Source: Octopus vulgaris
Lineage: Eukaryota
Assembly: GCA_951406725.2 (NCBI GenBank)
Contig: OX597818.1
Span: 65,472,001 to 65,536,000 of the forward strand
DNA: 64,000 bases
Direction: 5' to 3'
The notes under the pieces were generated by a model. That model was not told where the DNA came from, made no database searches, and saw nothing but the letters and a program-made list of their open reading frames with translations. Positions 40,465-53,600 of this stretch are shown piece by piece (positions within the stretch are counted from its first letter, which is position 1; each line of letters begins with the position of its first letter). A program made the position numbers and the translations under genes.

Positions 40465-40877
40465 ATTCCAACTTTAACTTACCCATAGTAAAATAAATTA
40501 ACTTTTTCTCTAAGCCCACAACCAAGTATTTTTACATAAACTCATTTTACTAACAATTAAAAATCAATTCCTCTAATATAACCAACATTTAAAACAAATA
40601 TTAATAAAGGAATAATATGTAATACTAATAATAAATTTTCATTCCTCTTACTAACATTCAAAACCTTCATAAACCTTATCATCTGACCATGATCAACCGT
40701 AACATAATAATCAAATTATATAACCCATCTCATCCTAAAATTAAACTAACAAATCTAGGAATAAAAATCAAAAGAATTATAAAGAAAACGAATAATATTA
40801 ATACTATAATAAAACGTTTAACATTAACATCTCCGCTTATATATCTAACTCTAAAAATACATACTGATCTAGAAATT
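40465..40877 (-). pseudogene. nuclear mitochondrial insertion (NUMT): ND5 internal part, ND4 3' end, trnH, ND5 start
   Basis: With the invertebrate mt code, 40877-40721 reads ISSSVCIFSVSYMSGDVNVKRFIMVLMLFVFFMILLIFIPSFVSLILGWDGL (ND5). 40720-40557 reads YYVTVDHGQ..NENLLLVLHIIPLL..* (ND4). Confidence 0.9.
40486..40551 (-). tRNA. trnH: mitochondrial tRNA-His(GTG) pseudogene within the NUMT
   Basis: Acceptor stem AGTAAAA/TTTTACT, anticodon GTG at 40519-40517, located between the ND4 stop and an ATG. Confidence 0.8.
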
Positions 40878-41042
40878 TATGTGAATTTATCAGATAGTTG
40901 TATATAACTGCTATATCAACATACACAAGAATAGTTATCCAGTACAAAAACGTGTCGGGTTGAAATTTGATAGCAATAATGCTTTGCTAAATTAATCCTA
41001 AATATGTATAATCTTCCATTCTTCTTTATGATGTCTTTATAT

Positions 41043-41312
41043 AGGCGCAGGCATGACTGCGTGGTAAGAAACTTGCTTCCAAACAAGATGGTTCAGGCTT
41101 TAGTCCCACAGCGTGAAAGCTTGGGCAAGTGTCTTCTACTACAGCTATGGGCCGGCCAATGCCACGTGAGTGGATTTCCCAACCGGTCGTGTTGTGTTAA
41201 CGTATACCTAACTTATCGATTCGACCAAAAAGACCTGGCTTAAAATATGTATTGGGGTCAATACATGGTTATGCCCCCGTATGGCCGCATTCAAATGAGT
41301 GAAACAAGTGTA
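41043..41312 (+). mobile_element. SINE family B, internally deleted
   Basis: GGCGCAGGCATGACTGCGTGGTAAGAAACTTGC..CTTGGGCAAGTGTCTTCTACT..ATGGCCGCA..GAAACAAGT. Confidence 0.75.
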
Positions 41313-41330
41313 CATAATATATATATATAT

Positions 41331-41940
41331 TTAATGTAGAATAACATTTTTTCGAAAATAAATTTTATCAATGGCCAGCATATTAAAAATTACCTTTAGA
41401 GGTAAAATTTATAAACAACTTATGAATAAGGCGTATATTTCCCATTTGAGTATGGCTAACGCCTAAGGGTGGATGCTACTGTAGTTTGTAGCCCCAGGAG
41501 GACACCTCCTCCAGCTGGCTTTAGACACACTTTCTGTGTCCTATCAGTAGGAAACAGTGTGTTTAAAGCCAGCTGGAGGAGGTGTCCGCCTGGGGCTACA
41601 AACTACAGTAGCATCCACCCTTAGGGGTTAGCCATATTTAAATGGCAAATATACGTCACGATGTGTTGCAGCTACTGTTTATAACTCGCTCTAAGATTTA
41701 TTATTATAAATAAGGGCAAACGAAAAAATGTCTACTGCCAAATATGCCGAAATAAGACACATTGTCCATAACCATATAATTGGACAAGATGGTAAGAACG
41801 GAATTTTTTAGAAATTTCTGTCGACCTTTTTCGAGTAGCGTGCGTATTGTGTTAAATTATATGGTTATGGACAATGTGTCTTATTTCGGCATATTTGGCA
41901 TTAGAAATGTTTTCGTTTGCCTTTATTTATAAGTTGTTTA
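41331..41940. mobile_element. fold-back pLTR remnant (same family as 62434-63063) in (TA)n, interrupted by an insertion
   Basis: 41704-41781 is the reverse complement of about 41855-41931. Shares ATCAATGGCCAGCATATTAAAAA and GTCGACCTTTTTCGAGTAGCGTGC with the 62.4-63.1 kb element. Confidence 0.75.
41432..41703. mobile_element. hairpin element (~100-bp arms, 41432-41655) with unpaired tail and ~12-bp flanking duplication
   Basis: CGTATATTT..GCCAGCTGG arms. TTATGAATAAGG (41420-41431) and TTATAAATAAGG (41704-41715) flank it. Confidence 0.8.
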
Positions 41941-42416
41941 TATATATATATATACATAGACAGGCAGGCACACACTCACGCACACACAGACACAAATAGA
42001 CAGATAAACACACAGAGAGGAAGATAGTTAGTTAGATAGATAGATAGGTAGATCTGTTGAATTGTGGGAGATTTTGTTTTCTTTTTAAAGTTCAGTAATT
42101 TCTAATGAAAGAAACTTCCATTATTTAATGGATTTTATGCATATTTCTCTTTAAAATGTGAAATTAAAATGTTCGAAAATAATAGTGGATTTTCGAACTA
42201 CTGTTCTCTTTGAAACGTTTAAAATTAATTTCTTCAAATCTGGCTGGCATTAAAGAAACTGATTTAAATGAAAACCATATTTTGTTAAAGTCCAATTTTA
42301 ACTGTTTTACCTTTTGCCATAAGATGCATTAAAAGCTATGTAAGAATGGAAAATATATCCATTGAAACTAATTTGGATATTGGTTAACTTGGTGGTGTGG
42401 TTGTTTCTCTTTATAG

Positions 42417-42752
42417 GAGCTACGACTCTTTGAGTATCAGAAGTCTCTGAGAAAATCTTTTGTCAATATTGTTTATAGGTAATGGCAGAACGTTTGTTAT
42501 TATTAACAACAAATGAACAGTTCACGTAATCATAATTTATAATTTTTAAACAAAACAGGGAAATTTTGGGAAGTATAACGATTCTTTGGCATAATTTGCC
42601 AAGATTTTCGAGACTGTGGAATCCTGGCAGAGAATACTTCCACAAAAGATATACTTTGGTGTATAAACTAAAACAATGTCCACACATTTCTTTGCTAGAA
42701 ACCTGTATGTGGTATTGCAAGAAGTTTCAGAACAGAGCCAAAAAAACACGAG
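42417..42752 (+). other. two candidate exons (42417-42478 and 42559-~42753) of an unknown transcript
   Basis: TTTCTCTTTATAG acceptor, AG/GTAATG donor, 80-nt intron. The only open frames in the two exons are phase-compatible. No recognisable protein family. Confidence 0.2.
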
Positions 42753-43552
42753 TGTAAGACAGATAAGAATAAATCAACGTATCCCAGCTTCATTTGGCAA
42801 CGCTGCTGAAGTAAATTTGTTGATTTGACTTCAGGATACAACCTGTTCTTCTTTTTCTGTATATATTTTATTGAGAATTGCATTCGATTTCATTGAAATT
42901 TGAAAACAGCACGTAACGCCATGGTACTAAATACTTGGAGGTATGTTGACTTGCACTCAAATGCATACGCGATGCCATCGCCTAACTAAATACAATGAAA
43001 AAAAAAAACTAGATATCAGCTAAAAACTGAAATGATAATACTAAGAGATTAGCAAACATAAGAAAATTTTTTCTGCAGAATTTCGATTAACGACAGAAAA
43101 AAAAGTATATACTAATAGCAACAAATGAATAAGATAATAACCGAGCAGAAATTGGATATACCCATCCAAAATTTAATCAATTTGATTTGTGTGCAACGAG
43201 AAGAAAAAAAAAGTTACTTTTTTTTTCTAAGATAACAGAATCAATAACAAATAATGCATCGGTAAGTAAATAGATAGATAACGAGATAACGAGTGAGTGC
43301 ACACATGTTACATACCCGTGCATACGCGCGTCCGCGAGAGTGTGTGAGGAAATGAACAACGTTGTAAAGTCTGAGCTCTTTGTCGCGATCGACAATGACA
43401 CTGTGTGTATACAACTACTGGTTGCTTTAACAGACGTGGATCACACTGTTCCTAAAAGTTTGTGAATTGACTTTGCTGGACAAATGTAGCTAGAAATGAA
43501 CCGAGTGCTGCATTTCTACAGAATATACTATATAGGCGCAAGCATTGAATAC

Positions 43553-43725
43553 AGGCGCGGCAGCAGCAGTGTGTTAAGAAGTTTACTTCAAGAACGCATG
43601 GCTCTGGGTCCTGTGGTCCTGTCAAACGGTGAGGCATCTTGGGCAAATGTCTTAAACTATAACCTCGGGCCATGTGACTGGTGGTTTTGTAGCAGGAAAT
43701 TGAAAGAGACAATTGTATACACACA
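43553..43725 (+). mobile_element. SINE family B, 5' part
   Basis: GGCGCGGC..GTGTGTTAAGAAGTTTACTT..GGCATCTTGGGCAAATGTCTT..GGAAATTGAAAGA. Confidence 0.6.
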
Positions 43726-43746
43726 CACACACACATAGATACAATG

Positions 43747-43814
<68 letters not shown>

Positions 43815-44853
43815 TGTGTGTGTATGTGGACGTAAGTTTTAACATATTTTAGAAACTTTATGATTAAAATAAATAAGGAATGGTGTTTAACATTTGGACT
43901 AGAAACCTTCATCATGATATACAGATTATATACACTATATATACATAACGTGTGAAAACTTTGTAGATCCGAGAAGAAAATTCACGATACTGTGGTTTTG
44001 AATGATGTTAGTGAGGAAGAAAGAGAAGTATGGGTTGAGGTGTAGATGTGGAGGATGTCTGTGTTGGAATGTAAGCTTAGAAAGTGGTGTCGGAGATACG
44101 GTGAATGCTATTGTTTACCTAAGGGTTGAGAAGAATGCATTAAGTTTTGTTGCGGGAGAAGGTAAGTAGGTGTGGATATGGTATACGTGACATGAGGGCT
44201 TGGAGAAAAGGTTGGAGAGAAAGCGGCAAACCCAGTAATCTTTTGATTGAAGAATATAAAATAAATGTTGTACACCGCCAGAAGAAGATGGTACACAATG
44301 CATAAACAATGCGAAAATGTGAAAAGGTTGGGTAAAGACGTTGGCTAAAGAACTTATAGTGTGACTCAACCAATAACAGTGAGAGAAAACCATTTTGGCT
44401 GCAAAGGACTATCAAGTTTTCGTATGTTCTTTCCAAGACACATTGTTTGTAAAGGGTATTTTTTTGTTCCTGTAGGGGCTTAACAATTGAAATCGCATAT
44501 AATTGTCACCTCTGAGACCACTAGTGAAACCCAAGTGTAAGGCAAGACTGATATACATTAGAGACACTGCAGTACACAGTCGGCACACAAAGACACATAT
44601 CGACGTTTACGAAATTCAGCAAACGCAATTATTATATCGACATATTGCGGCGAATCTATAACAAGACCCAATGACGCGGGAAGATATCGCCGCTATGACG
44701 GCCGTGACATTTCGAAGCATCATACTTCCTCGTTCTTTCTATATCTTTCTTTCACTCTATACATATGTATGTTTGCCTGTATGTACGTATATGTTTGTAT
44801 GTATGTATCTATCTATCTATCTATTTATCTATCGATCTGTCTATCTATATCTA

Positions 44854-44906
<53 letters not shown>

Positions 44907-46006
44907 CTCTCTCTATATATATATATATATACACATATATATATACATACATATATATGTATATATATATGCATACATGTACACATATATACTTAAACAT
45001 ACACATATATAATATTTTCATATACGTGAATGTATATATACATGCACTAACATCTATATACATTTGTATACACAATAACATATATATTCGTCTTCCTATC
45101 CATATGTATGCATATGTATATACAAGATTGTGTGTGTGTATATATATATATACATGCATACCATATATATATATATATATATATATAAAGTACGCATGTG
45201 TACGTGTGATTCTATGCATACGTGTACACGCGTGTTTCTTGTATGTGTTTGTGTGTGTGTGTGTTTGTTTGTATGAGTGGGCGCAAGTGTAATCTACGAA
45301 AGCGTATCAGCACATATTAAAAAATAGCAAATGTGAGCATATCAGAGTATATTTTGAATATAGAACATTTCGATCTGAATATATTCAGTGCACATTGTCG
45401 ATACCTAACCTTCCATCGATTTTTAAACATTTTCGTCTTCAATTGGCTTAATAAAATAACTTAGCAATACAAAAGATCTTATTGTACGACTGAAGAGTGG
45501 AGCAACTAATAAAATACTAAATAGTGTATTGATCCCTCACATTGTTATTCCTGCAGTTTCAACATCAACTGCTGGTTCTTATCTAATAACAACAAAAAAA
45601 CACTTACAAAAACCCCCCGAAAACAAATAGTATTATTATTGACTGTTAGTTAATGGAAAACTTATTTTATCACATATTCAGAATAACCGATACTTATCGA
45701 GATCTACATCAACGAAGGGTGTGTTGGATGAAAATAACATTTTCACCTTCATGAATATACTTGCTATGTTAGAGCGAAAAAAAGAAATGTGTAGAAATAA
45801 AAAAAAAAAGCTATTCATGAAATTGATTATTTTTCCGACTAGTTTTTGCAGTCATTTATTTTTAATGATATATGTTAACATTAACTTCACAGGAAAATGA
45901 AAAAAAAAAAGGTATTCAAAATTGTTTGTTCTTTTCTATATACTTTCAAGAATCGCTGACCTTTATCAGTAATCAATGCCTAACAACATAACTCAAATGT
46001 AAATAA

Positions 46007-46037
<31 letters not shown>

Positions 46038-46077
46038 AAAAAAATAATAAATAATAATAATAATAATAATGATGATG

Positions 46078-46146
<69 letters not shown>

Positions 46147-46222
46147 GCAACAACAATACAAAGGTAAGTTATATTATTTCATATATAGCATGTTCATTCG
46201 TTTTTATATTTCAAAACTTTCT

Positions 46223-46297
<75 letters not shown>

Positions 46298-46340
46298 TAT
46301 ATACATGTACAAATATACATGTATATATATATACATATAA

Positions 46341-46391
<51 letters not shown>

Positions 46392-47077
46392 TGAATGTTT
46401 GAGTGCGTGCGTGCGTGATTGCGCGTGTGTGTCTGTGTGTGTGTGCTTGCGGTTGGGGTCTATATAAGTCTTTTTTTTATATCGTTTCTCTTTGTACAAA
46501 ATAATAGAATATTTTATTGTGTTTTCTGCTGAAAGAAACCCATATTTGAAGCGTTGTGTTATCATATGTGTTAACCGATGATATGGAAATTTCTATTCAA
46601 CTTGCGCCGAATATAAGAAGCACCAATGCGTTAAGTACCCAGAATGGTTACAGCAATAAAAATCAGTACAATTTGAAGATGTGCATAATGATTTGCCTTT
46701 CAGGAGATCAGTGTAGTTAACCAGAAAAAAAAGTACATATGTATATATTTTGGTTGCTGTTTATTTTCTCAAGTGATAATAATACAATGAGAATTATGCG
46801 ATAGTAAATAACTGAAATACACAAAGTGGATGTGGGATTTAGTAGGTGACCAGATAATGATAAAAAATAAAGCAAGATATGGGTGAATGCAGTGGAGGCA
46901 CAATGAAGACAAATGTAGGAAATATAAAATGCAATTGACGCGTAAAAACCGCAAGCAGTAATAAATGGACAACTCACATTATTTTTTATTCATAATTTTA
47001 CAGACGGAAGAAGGAAAATAATGTTCCGTTAGGCATTCAGGGAATAAATAAAAAAACATTCAGAGGAGACGAACTGA

Positions 47078-47153
<76 letters not shown>

Positions 47154-47157
47154 GCAA

Positions 47158-47188
<31 letters not shown>

Positions 47189-47189
47189 C

Positions 47190-47229
<40 letters not shown>

Positions 47230-48859
47230 TTGTGTGTGTGTGTGTGTGCATGTATGTGCGTGTGTGTGTGTTTGTGTTTGTGTCCTATCGTACGTGTGAA
47301 CACGGTCATATGCATGCTTGGTCATGGATGGAAATATCCGTCGTCTGTCTTCTAGGTGTTTAGCGTAAAGGAAATATATATGATTTTTGCAAAAACTATA
47401 AACAAACGTAATTGGTTACTTCTTTCTTTTAACAATTATTTTTAATGGTAGACTTCATGGTATCTTATGTTTTCAGAATTATGTCGTTGAAAATCGACGG
47501 GAAGTGGAAGTGGTGACAGGAAGGATGTTTAACTCAAAGGGTTTCTCGAGGTCTATACCAGAGACCATACACTTCGATTTTATACCAGAAGAGGTATTTC
47601 ACAAACCAGACAAGACAAATAATGATATTTTCGGCATAGAGTTTTATTCCGCAATATATTCTAATTGAAGAAAGATTTGTCAGCAGAGATTTTTGCAGGA
47701 ATATTTCTTGTTTTTCCCTTGCATCCCATCTTGTTAAACCTGCACTAGGAACCAATGTATTTTTATTACCAAACTTATTCATGTGTACAAGTATGCTGTA
47801 TTTTGTTTTAGCAGCGAAATTTATCTTTACTTGACGTTCCCTATCCATTACTAGTTTGAAACTAGAAGTTTATAATAATACCAGGGCCTTAGAAATATTC
47901 ACCCTCTTTCACCTCGCTAAAAAATATTGAGCTTCATGTAGAAATAATTCGTTATATATCAAAATGGCGCGAACAAAGTTCATTAATATCACACACAACA
48001 GACTGGTATCTGCAGATCCTGCATTGAAAAAAGGCGTGCATCTGATTGTTCCAGTATACCCATAACCTAATGGCCTAATAAGTAATATTTTTCTCATGCG
48101 AAATAATGCATGTATGTTGAAGATTATATTCCGTGATATTATACTTAATGTCTGTGTAACAAATGCTTTTTGTCTCGTATTCATGATAAACTATCTTAAA
48201 TTAGTAACAAGTGTCGTAAGATAATAGTAGAAGCCAATGGATTTTCTTTTACCTAACATTAGAAAACGAGCAGTATGAACACAAATACGAATTCTTTTAA
48301 AATTTTTCAAAGGTCGCTACTTTTGTTATGAACCAAATAACTCTCACAAATATCCCCTTTCCAAAATTTCATATTATTTGCATTTCTCGCGAACGATAAA
48401 TAATTCATAACATAACATCCGACATTATCTCATGCAATATTATGCAAGAAGCGTTTGGTTCAATAGGAAACGTAATACTTTGTCAAATCCTGAGTTTACA
48501 CACGTCAGAAGATGGTAATCAATTTCAAGGAGTTGACAGGAAATCATAACAAATAGGCATCAATTTACAGTTAATTAATTCTCATTCCTACGAAACTAAT
48601 TTAATTGCTTGCCAGCTCACTGGTAAATTTCCTTGTTAATGCAAATGAGGTAGCATTTCAGTGTATTTAGACGTTTTGTAAGGCACAATTACAACGATAA
48701 GTGAGAGATGCAAGAATATATGTTCTTCACTTTGCTGTTAAACATAATTTCTTTACTAAATTTCTGTTTTTCTGCAAATTAAAATTATTTTGTCTTTTCA
48801 TAAGGATGCGTCGAGCCACAACACACACGGACACAATAACAATTACATAGAAAGTCAAT

Positions 48860-49755
48860 CTTTCCAATGATAAGCCCCGTCTCTCTATTAATCTGTCTAG
48901 TCTCAGGGGGATTCATTCGATGCTACATATCCTTCCGCTCTCACTGATAGATTAACGTAGAGGCGGGTGTCGCGTATCCCATATATAGTCAGCGTCTTCC
49001 TTGTCTTTCTGTCTAAGCTTTTTAGTTCGTCTGCTGTGCATGCGATTACCCCTGCTCCATATATTATTCCGTCTGTTGAATTTCGACTTAAGTATCAGTT
49101 TGCGCAAGCATTCTATCTTAAAATGTCCTGTCATTTCTTTCTCCATCAATTTATCTATTTCAAATATCCCTAAGTGCTTATAGCCCGTCACTTCTATCTG
49201 CCTCATAACCTCCCCCGACAGTATCGCTAGCCCTCCCATGCATTTGATTTTGCCTCTCTTCAAGACTAAAATACCACACATTTTCCGTCGGAACTCCATT
49301 CTGATATCAGCACTGAAAGTATACACCGTATCATGGAGGGAACTGACTTGGGATTCATCTTTACCATAAAGTTTGATGTCATCCATAGATAAGAAGTGGT
49401 TGACTTTCTATTGGCCGCTTTTGGATTCATACCCAGCCTTTGTTTTCCTCAGAATCCCTGTTAGTGGTATCATGCATATTGCAAAGAAGAGTGCTGACAG
49501 GCAGTCTCCTTCGAAGATGCCTTTCCTGATTTCTATTGACCCTATACTTCTTCCATATGCTGTCAGTTGCGTACTCCCTTTCGTCATATTTTTTCGAACA
49601 CATCGCTCAAATTTCGATGCAGTACCAAATAGGTTCAAAAATCCATAATCCAAGAATGAGGAATGATATCATACCCCTTAGGATAATCGATCCATGACAT
49701 GGCTAAGTCAGTTTCCCTCATCTTGCAACCCGTAAGTACAGTTTTGTCTACCATG
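48860..49755 (-). pseudogene. R4/Dong-like RT fragment
   Basis: WIDYPKGYDIIPHSWI, GIFEGDCLSALFF, MDDIKLYGK and YKHLG. Confidence 0.88.
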
Positions 49756-49757
49756 AC

Positions 49758-49878
<121 letters not shown>

Positions 49879-49879
49879 T

Positions 49880-50745
49880 TGACGTAGGATGAAAGATTGC
49901 TATGATTAAGCACTATACAAGAAATTGAAAACGAAGGCAGCTGAAAATAGTTGGATAAAAAAAGACTGCATGGTCAATTTGATAGCGATGTTGAAGATAA
50001 GAAAGACAGAGAAAAAGATGGCTGTCGAGGACAAACAGTGATTTTAAACCGGAAAAGTAGGCTGTAATATGTGCTGCCCAAGCGCAAGCACTAAGAACAA
50101 ACTGCATAAAATACAGAATAGACAACACAACAGAAAGAGTTAAATGCAGAATGTGTGGACAAAATAGTGACGCTGTATGGCATACTACAAGCCAATGTAC
50201 GCCACTAGCCCAGAAGGAATATAAGAGACACCGCGACAATACAGTCAGGCTTATGAATTGGACACTTTGCAACAAGTATGACCTTGACAGAGTTAAAAAG
50301 TGGTACGACCGTATACCAGAAGGCATCGACGAACATAGAAATGCAAAGAAGGATCCTATGGGATTTTATGACTCAGTGCGACCAGGAGATAGAGAATAGG
50401 AGGCCAGATATAGTTTTAATTGAGAAAGGAAACAAACTATGCTGGGTCACAGATGAAGCATACCCGGCTGACAACAAGGTATGCGATAAGGAAGAAAGAA
50501 ATGTCGAGGGATATGAAAGGTTAGCTTGGGAAGTTAAGCAGTTGTGATCGATGAAAAAGGTAGTAGTAGTACCAATAATTGTCGCAACCCTGGGAACAGT
50601 GAGTAAGAATCTCGAGAAGTTCGTGGAAAAAATAAGGGCTGCAATAAGGATGGAGCACTTGCAGAAAAAAGCACTGCTTGGAAGCACTCGAGTTCTGGTA
50701 GGGAACAGGTGACACTGTAGTATGTCCCCAGGCAATAGTAATAAT
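49880..50745 (+). pseudogene. R4/Dong-like C-terminal fragment (CCHC plus REL)
   Basis: LHGQF, CRMCG..H..SQC, ILWDF, RRPDIVLIEK, VPIIVATLG and ALLGSTRVL. Preceded by (AAT)n at 49757-49878. Confidence 0.88.
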
Positions 50746-50775
50746 GATTATCATTCTTCTTCTTCTTCTACTTCC

Positions 50776-50792
50776 TTATTATTATTATTATG

Positions 50793-50885
<93 letters not shown>

Positions 50886-50894
50886 TTATTGTTA

Positions 50895-50938
<44 letters not shown>

Positions 50939-50972
50939 GGTATTGTTATTATTATTATTATTATTGTTGTTA

Positions 50973-51016
<44 letters not shown>

Positions 51017-51020
51017 GTTA

Positions 51021-51106
<86 letters not shown>

Positions 51107-51135
51107 GTTGTTATTGTTATTATTATTATTATTAT
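50776..51135. repeat. long (TTA)n/(TTG)n microsatellite, the tail of the minus-strand Dong copy
   Basis: Direct inspection. Confidence 0.95.
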
Positions 51136-51189
51136 CACCGCCACCATAGTCACCATCATCAACATCATCATCATCTTTATCGTCATCAG

Positions 51190-52235
51190 CATTCGGTAGT
51201 TTTATTTTATCATAGGCTTTCACTTCACTACCGAGCGCAGCTCTGTGTGCCTTCAGTATGTGCTTTGCTTTGTTGTGATGCTCTGATGGTTACTGTATTG
51301 AAAGCGTTCTACGTGGGATTTGTGCGGTGCCTAGTAGTAGTATTTTCTGTATGTTGTATATATATTTGTAAGTGCTGGTATTTTTGTTAAGTATTTGTGT
51401 GAATATTTCTTTATCATATCCGATGCGCCTAGTATGATTGGAATTGTTTCTGTTATTAAACTCCACAGTCGAGTTATCACTGTTTCCATGTCTTCGCATT
51501 TAGAAAGTTTCTCCATTTCGTTTTGAGAAACTTGTCATCTGTTGATATTGATACATTATTTAGAAGGCATTTTTTTCTTGATGATGCCCGGTAACTCTAT
51601 CCGGCTTATTAGCCTTAATTTTTCCCTCTGTTTGTATTGTCGTATCCTATAGTGTGGCTGCTTTCTCATTTTCTGTTATCTTTCTTATTTTTTCTTTTGT
51701 TATTTCACAGTGTTGGCATAGCTTCCAGTGTTTATAGGTCCCAACTCTGTGGTATCTGTGAATATATTCCTTCTTAGCCAGAGACTATATATTATATTGT
51801 TTCTTGTCCATCTACACATATTCTGAAGTTACTTGTTATGTTTCTTTTCCTTATATGTTTTTGGGAATTTCTAGTAGGGAGGCTTTGGTCTTGTGCTGCA
51901 ACTAAAAATCCTTGAAACTCTGTTTTGAGTCCTGAGCTTCTGAGCCGCTGTTGGGGTTTTGCTTTGTCCATTTCTTTTGCGCTTAGTTTAACCCAGTATT
52001 TGCCACGAAGGGGCTTCTCTTGACATCGTTGTATTACGATCCGTTGCTGTTTCAGTTTCATTTTGAATTCAGTTTTTTTAAAGCTGTTGTTGTTTCATCT
52101 TTTTGTTCATAGTTTTTAGGTAATATGGCTTCTTTTTTGTATTTGTCAGCTTCCTTAAAGACTGAAAACATTGTTTTTGTTTTGTTCGTGTTTTATGGCT
52201 CTTTGCATTAGTTTTCCTAGCTTTCAATTAATGTT
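51190..52235 (-). mobile_element. decayed Dong-like 3' fragment
   Basis: KPLRGKYW, SSGLKTEFQGFLVAAQDQSLPTRN and QKILLLGTAQIPRRTLSIQ. 3' UTR as at 34360-34445. Confidence 0.85.
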
Positions 52236-52423
52236 TTCTGAAAAGTTATCAAAGTTTAAACATTATTAATATGTTTTTAAAAAAATATTTTTCTGGAATA
52301 ATCGAATTACTTCATTGGACTCAGCGTAAAAAAATTACATTCATCTCCGAAAGTTGAACGTTTTCACGTAAATTAGAATTTCAAAATTTGTGTGAGCAAC
52401 AAAATAAATCCCGTAGGTGGGTC

Positions 52424-52775
52424 TGCTGGAGCACCGCCTTTAGTCAAGCAAATCGACCCCGGGACTTATTCTTTGTAAGCCCAGTACTTATTCTATCAGT
52501 CTCTTTTGCCGAACCGCTAAGTGACGGGGACGTAAACACACACCAGCATCGGTTGTCAAGCAATGCTAGGGGGACAAACACAGACACACAAACACACACA
52601 CATACATATATACGACAGGCTTCTTTCAGTTTCCGTCTACCAAATCCACTCACAAGGCATTGGTCGGCCCGGGGCTATAGCAGAAGACACTTGCCCAAGA
52701 TGCCACGCAGTGGGACTGAACTCGGAACCATGTGGTTGGTTAGCAAGCTACTTACCACACAGCCACTCCTGCGCC
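52424..52775 (-). mobile_element. SINE family B, best-preserved copy
   Basis: GGCGCAGGAGTGGCTGTGTGGTAAG (A box), GAGTTCAGTCCC (B box), CORE-like CTTGGGCAAGTG, internal (TG)n, and tail GGCGGTGCTCCAGCA. Confidence 0.88.
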
Positions 52776-53269
52776 TATGTGTGTGTATGTGTTGGTATGT
52801 GTGTGATGTGTGTTTGTGTGAGTGTCAGAGTATATGTATACATGTGTGTATGCACATTGAGCCGACGTAGTCGAAGTACCGTCACAAGGCATCAGCGGCG
52901 ACCTTTACAGACACCAGAAAAAAGAAGGAATAAATTTGATGACATGCGCACAACAGCCTCCGTCCCACTTACTCAGGCAGAAATTCGAAAGGGGATGCTT
53001 CGATTAGATAGTAAGCGCACAAAAACTTCCTTTGCATAATAGAGTCAGGAAACGATGTCCCTTTTCAATTCAATCAACATCAATTTCCAGTGAGCCGGAG
53101 ACCTGCTAAATCTTCTAGGATTTCCCAATTAAAATAGATCAAATGCTAGAACATAACTAACCGCACCTAGTGGTGGTGGAAATGGTGCAGCACATGTTCT
53201 ATATAGGAGATTTTGCATGCCTGTTTAACCCATGAATATTCAGAAAATATATATACACAATATTCTGAA

Positions 53270-53543
53270 GTACGAAATAGCGCGGCTATGACAAGTGAAG
53301 AATGTGAAGATAGGGCCACTCATTGATGGGTCCTTGGGGATTGTATCAGAAGACATCGAAAGAAATATAAAGAAGATCAGGATAAAGTTCCCAGTGGGAC
53401 TGTTTTTTTTCAACATATTGCCATGACCGGAATAATAAGGAAACTATTGGATAGTTCAAAGAACAGATAGCATGGTACCGCTACGCATGCAAATACCCAT
53501 GAGTTACAGCAAGACCTGAGTTACAATGAATATAATAAGAAAT

Positions 53544-53575
<32 letters not shown>

Positions 53576-53600
53576 CTTATGATGATGATTATGATGATGA
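53270..53600 (+). mobile_element. Dong-like extreme 3' remnant followed by (GAT)n
   Basis: PLIDGSLGIVS..IIRKLLD resembles the REL C-terminus. Confidence 0.4.

Noticed and set aside
43950-44500. Possible additional Naiad-like fragment on the minus strand
   Set aside because: Only faint resemblance (FFNQKIT), and too degenerate to support.
47534-48184. Two consecutive minus-strand ORFs
   Set aside because: No recognisable motifs. They may be a decayed transposon but cannot be assigned.
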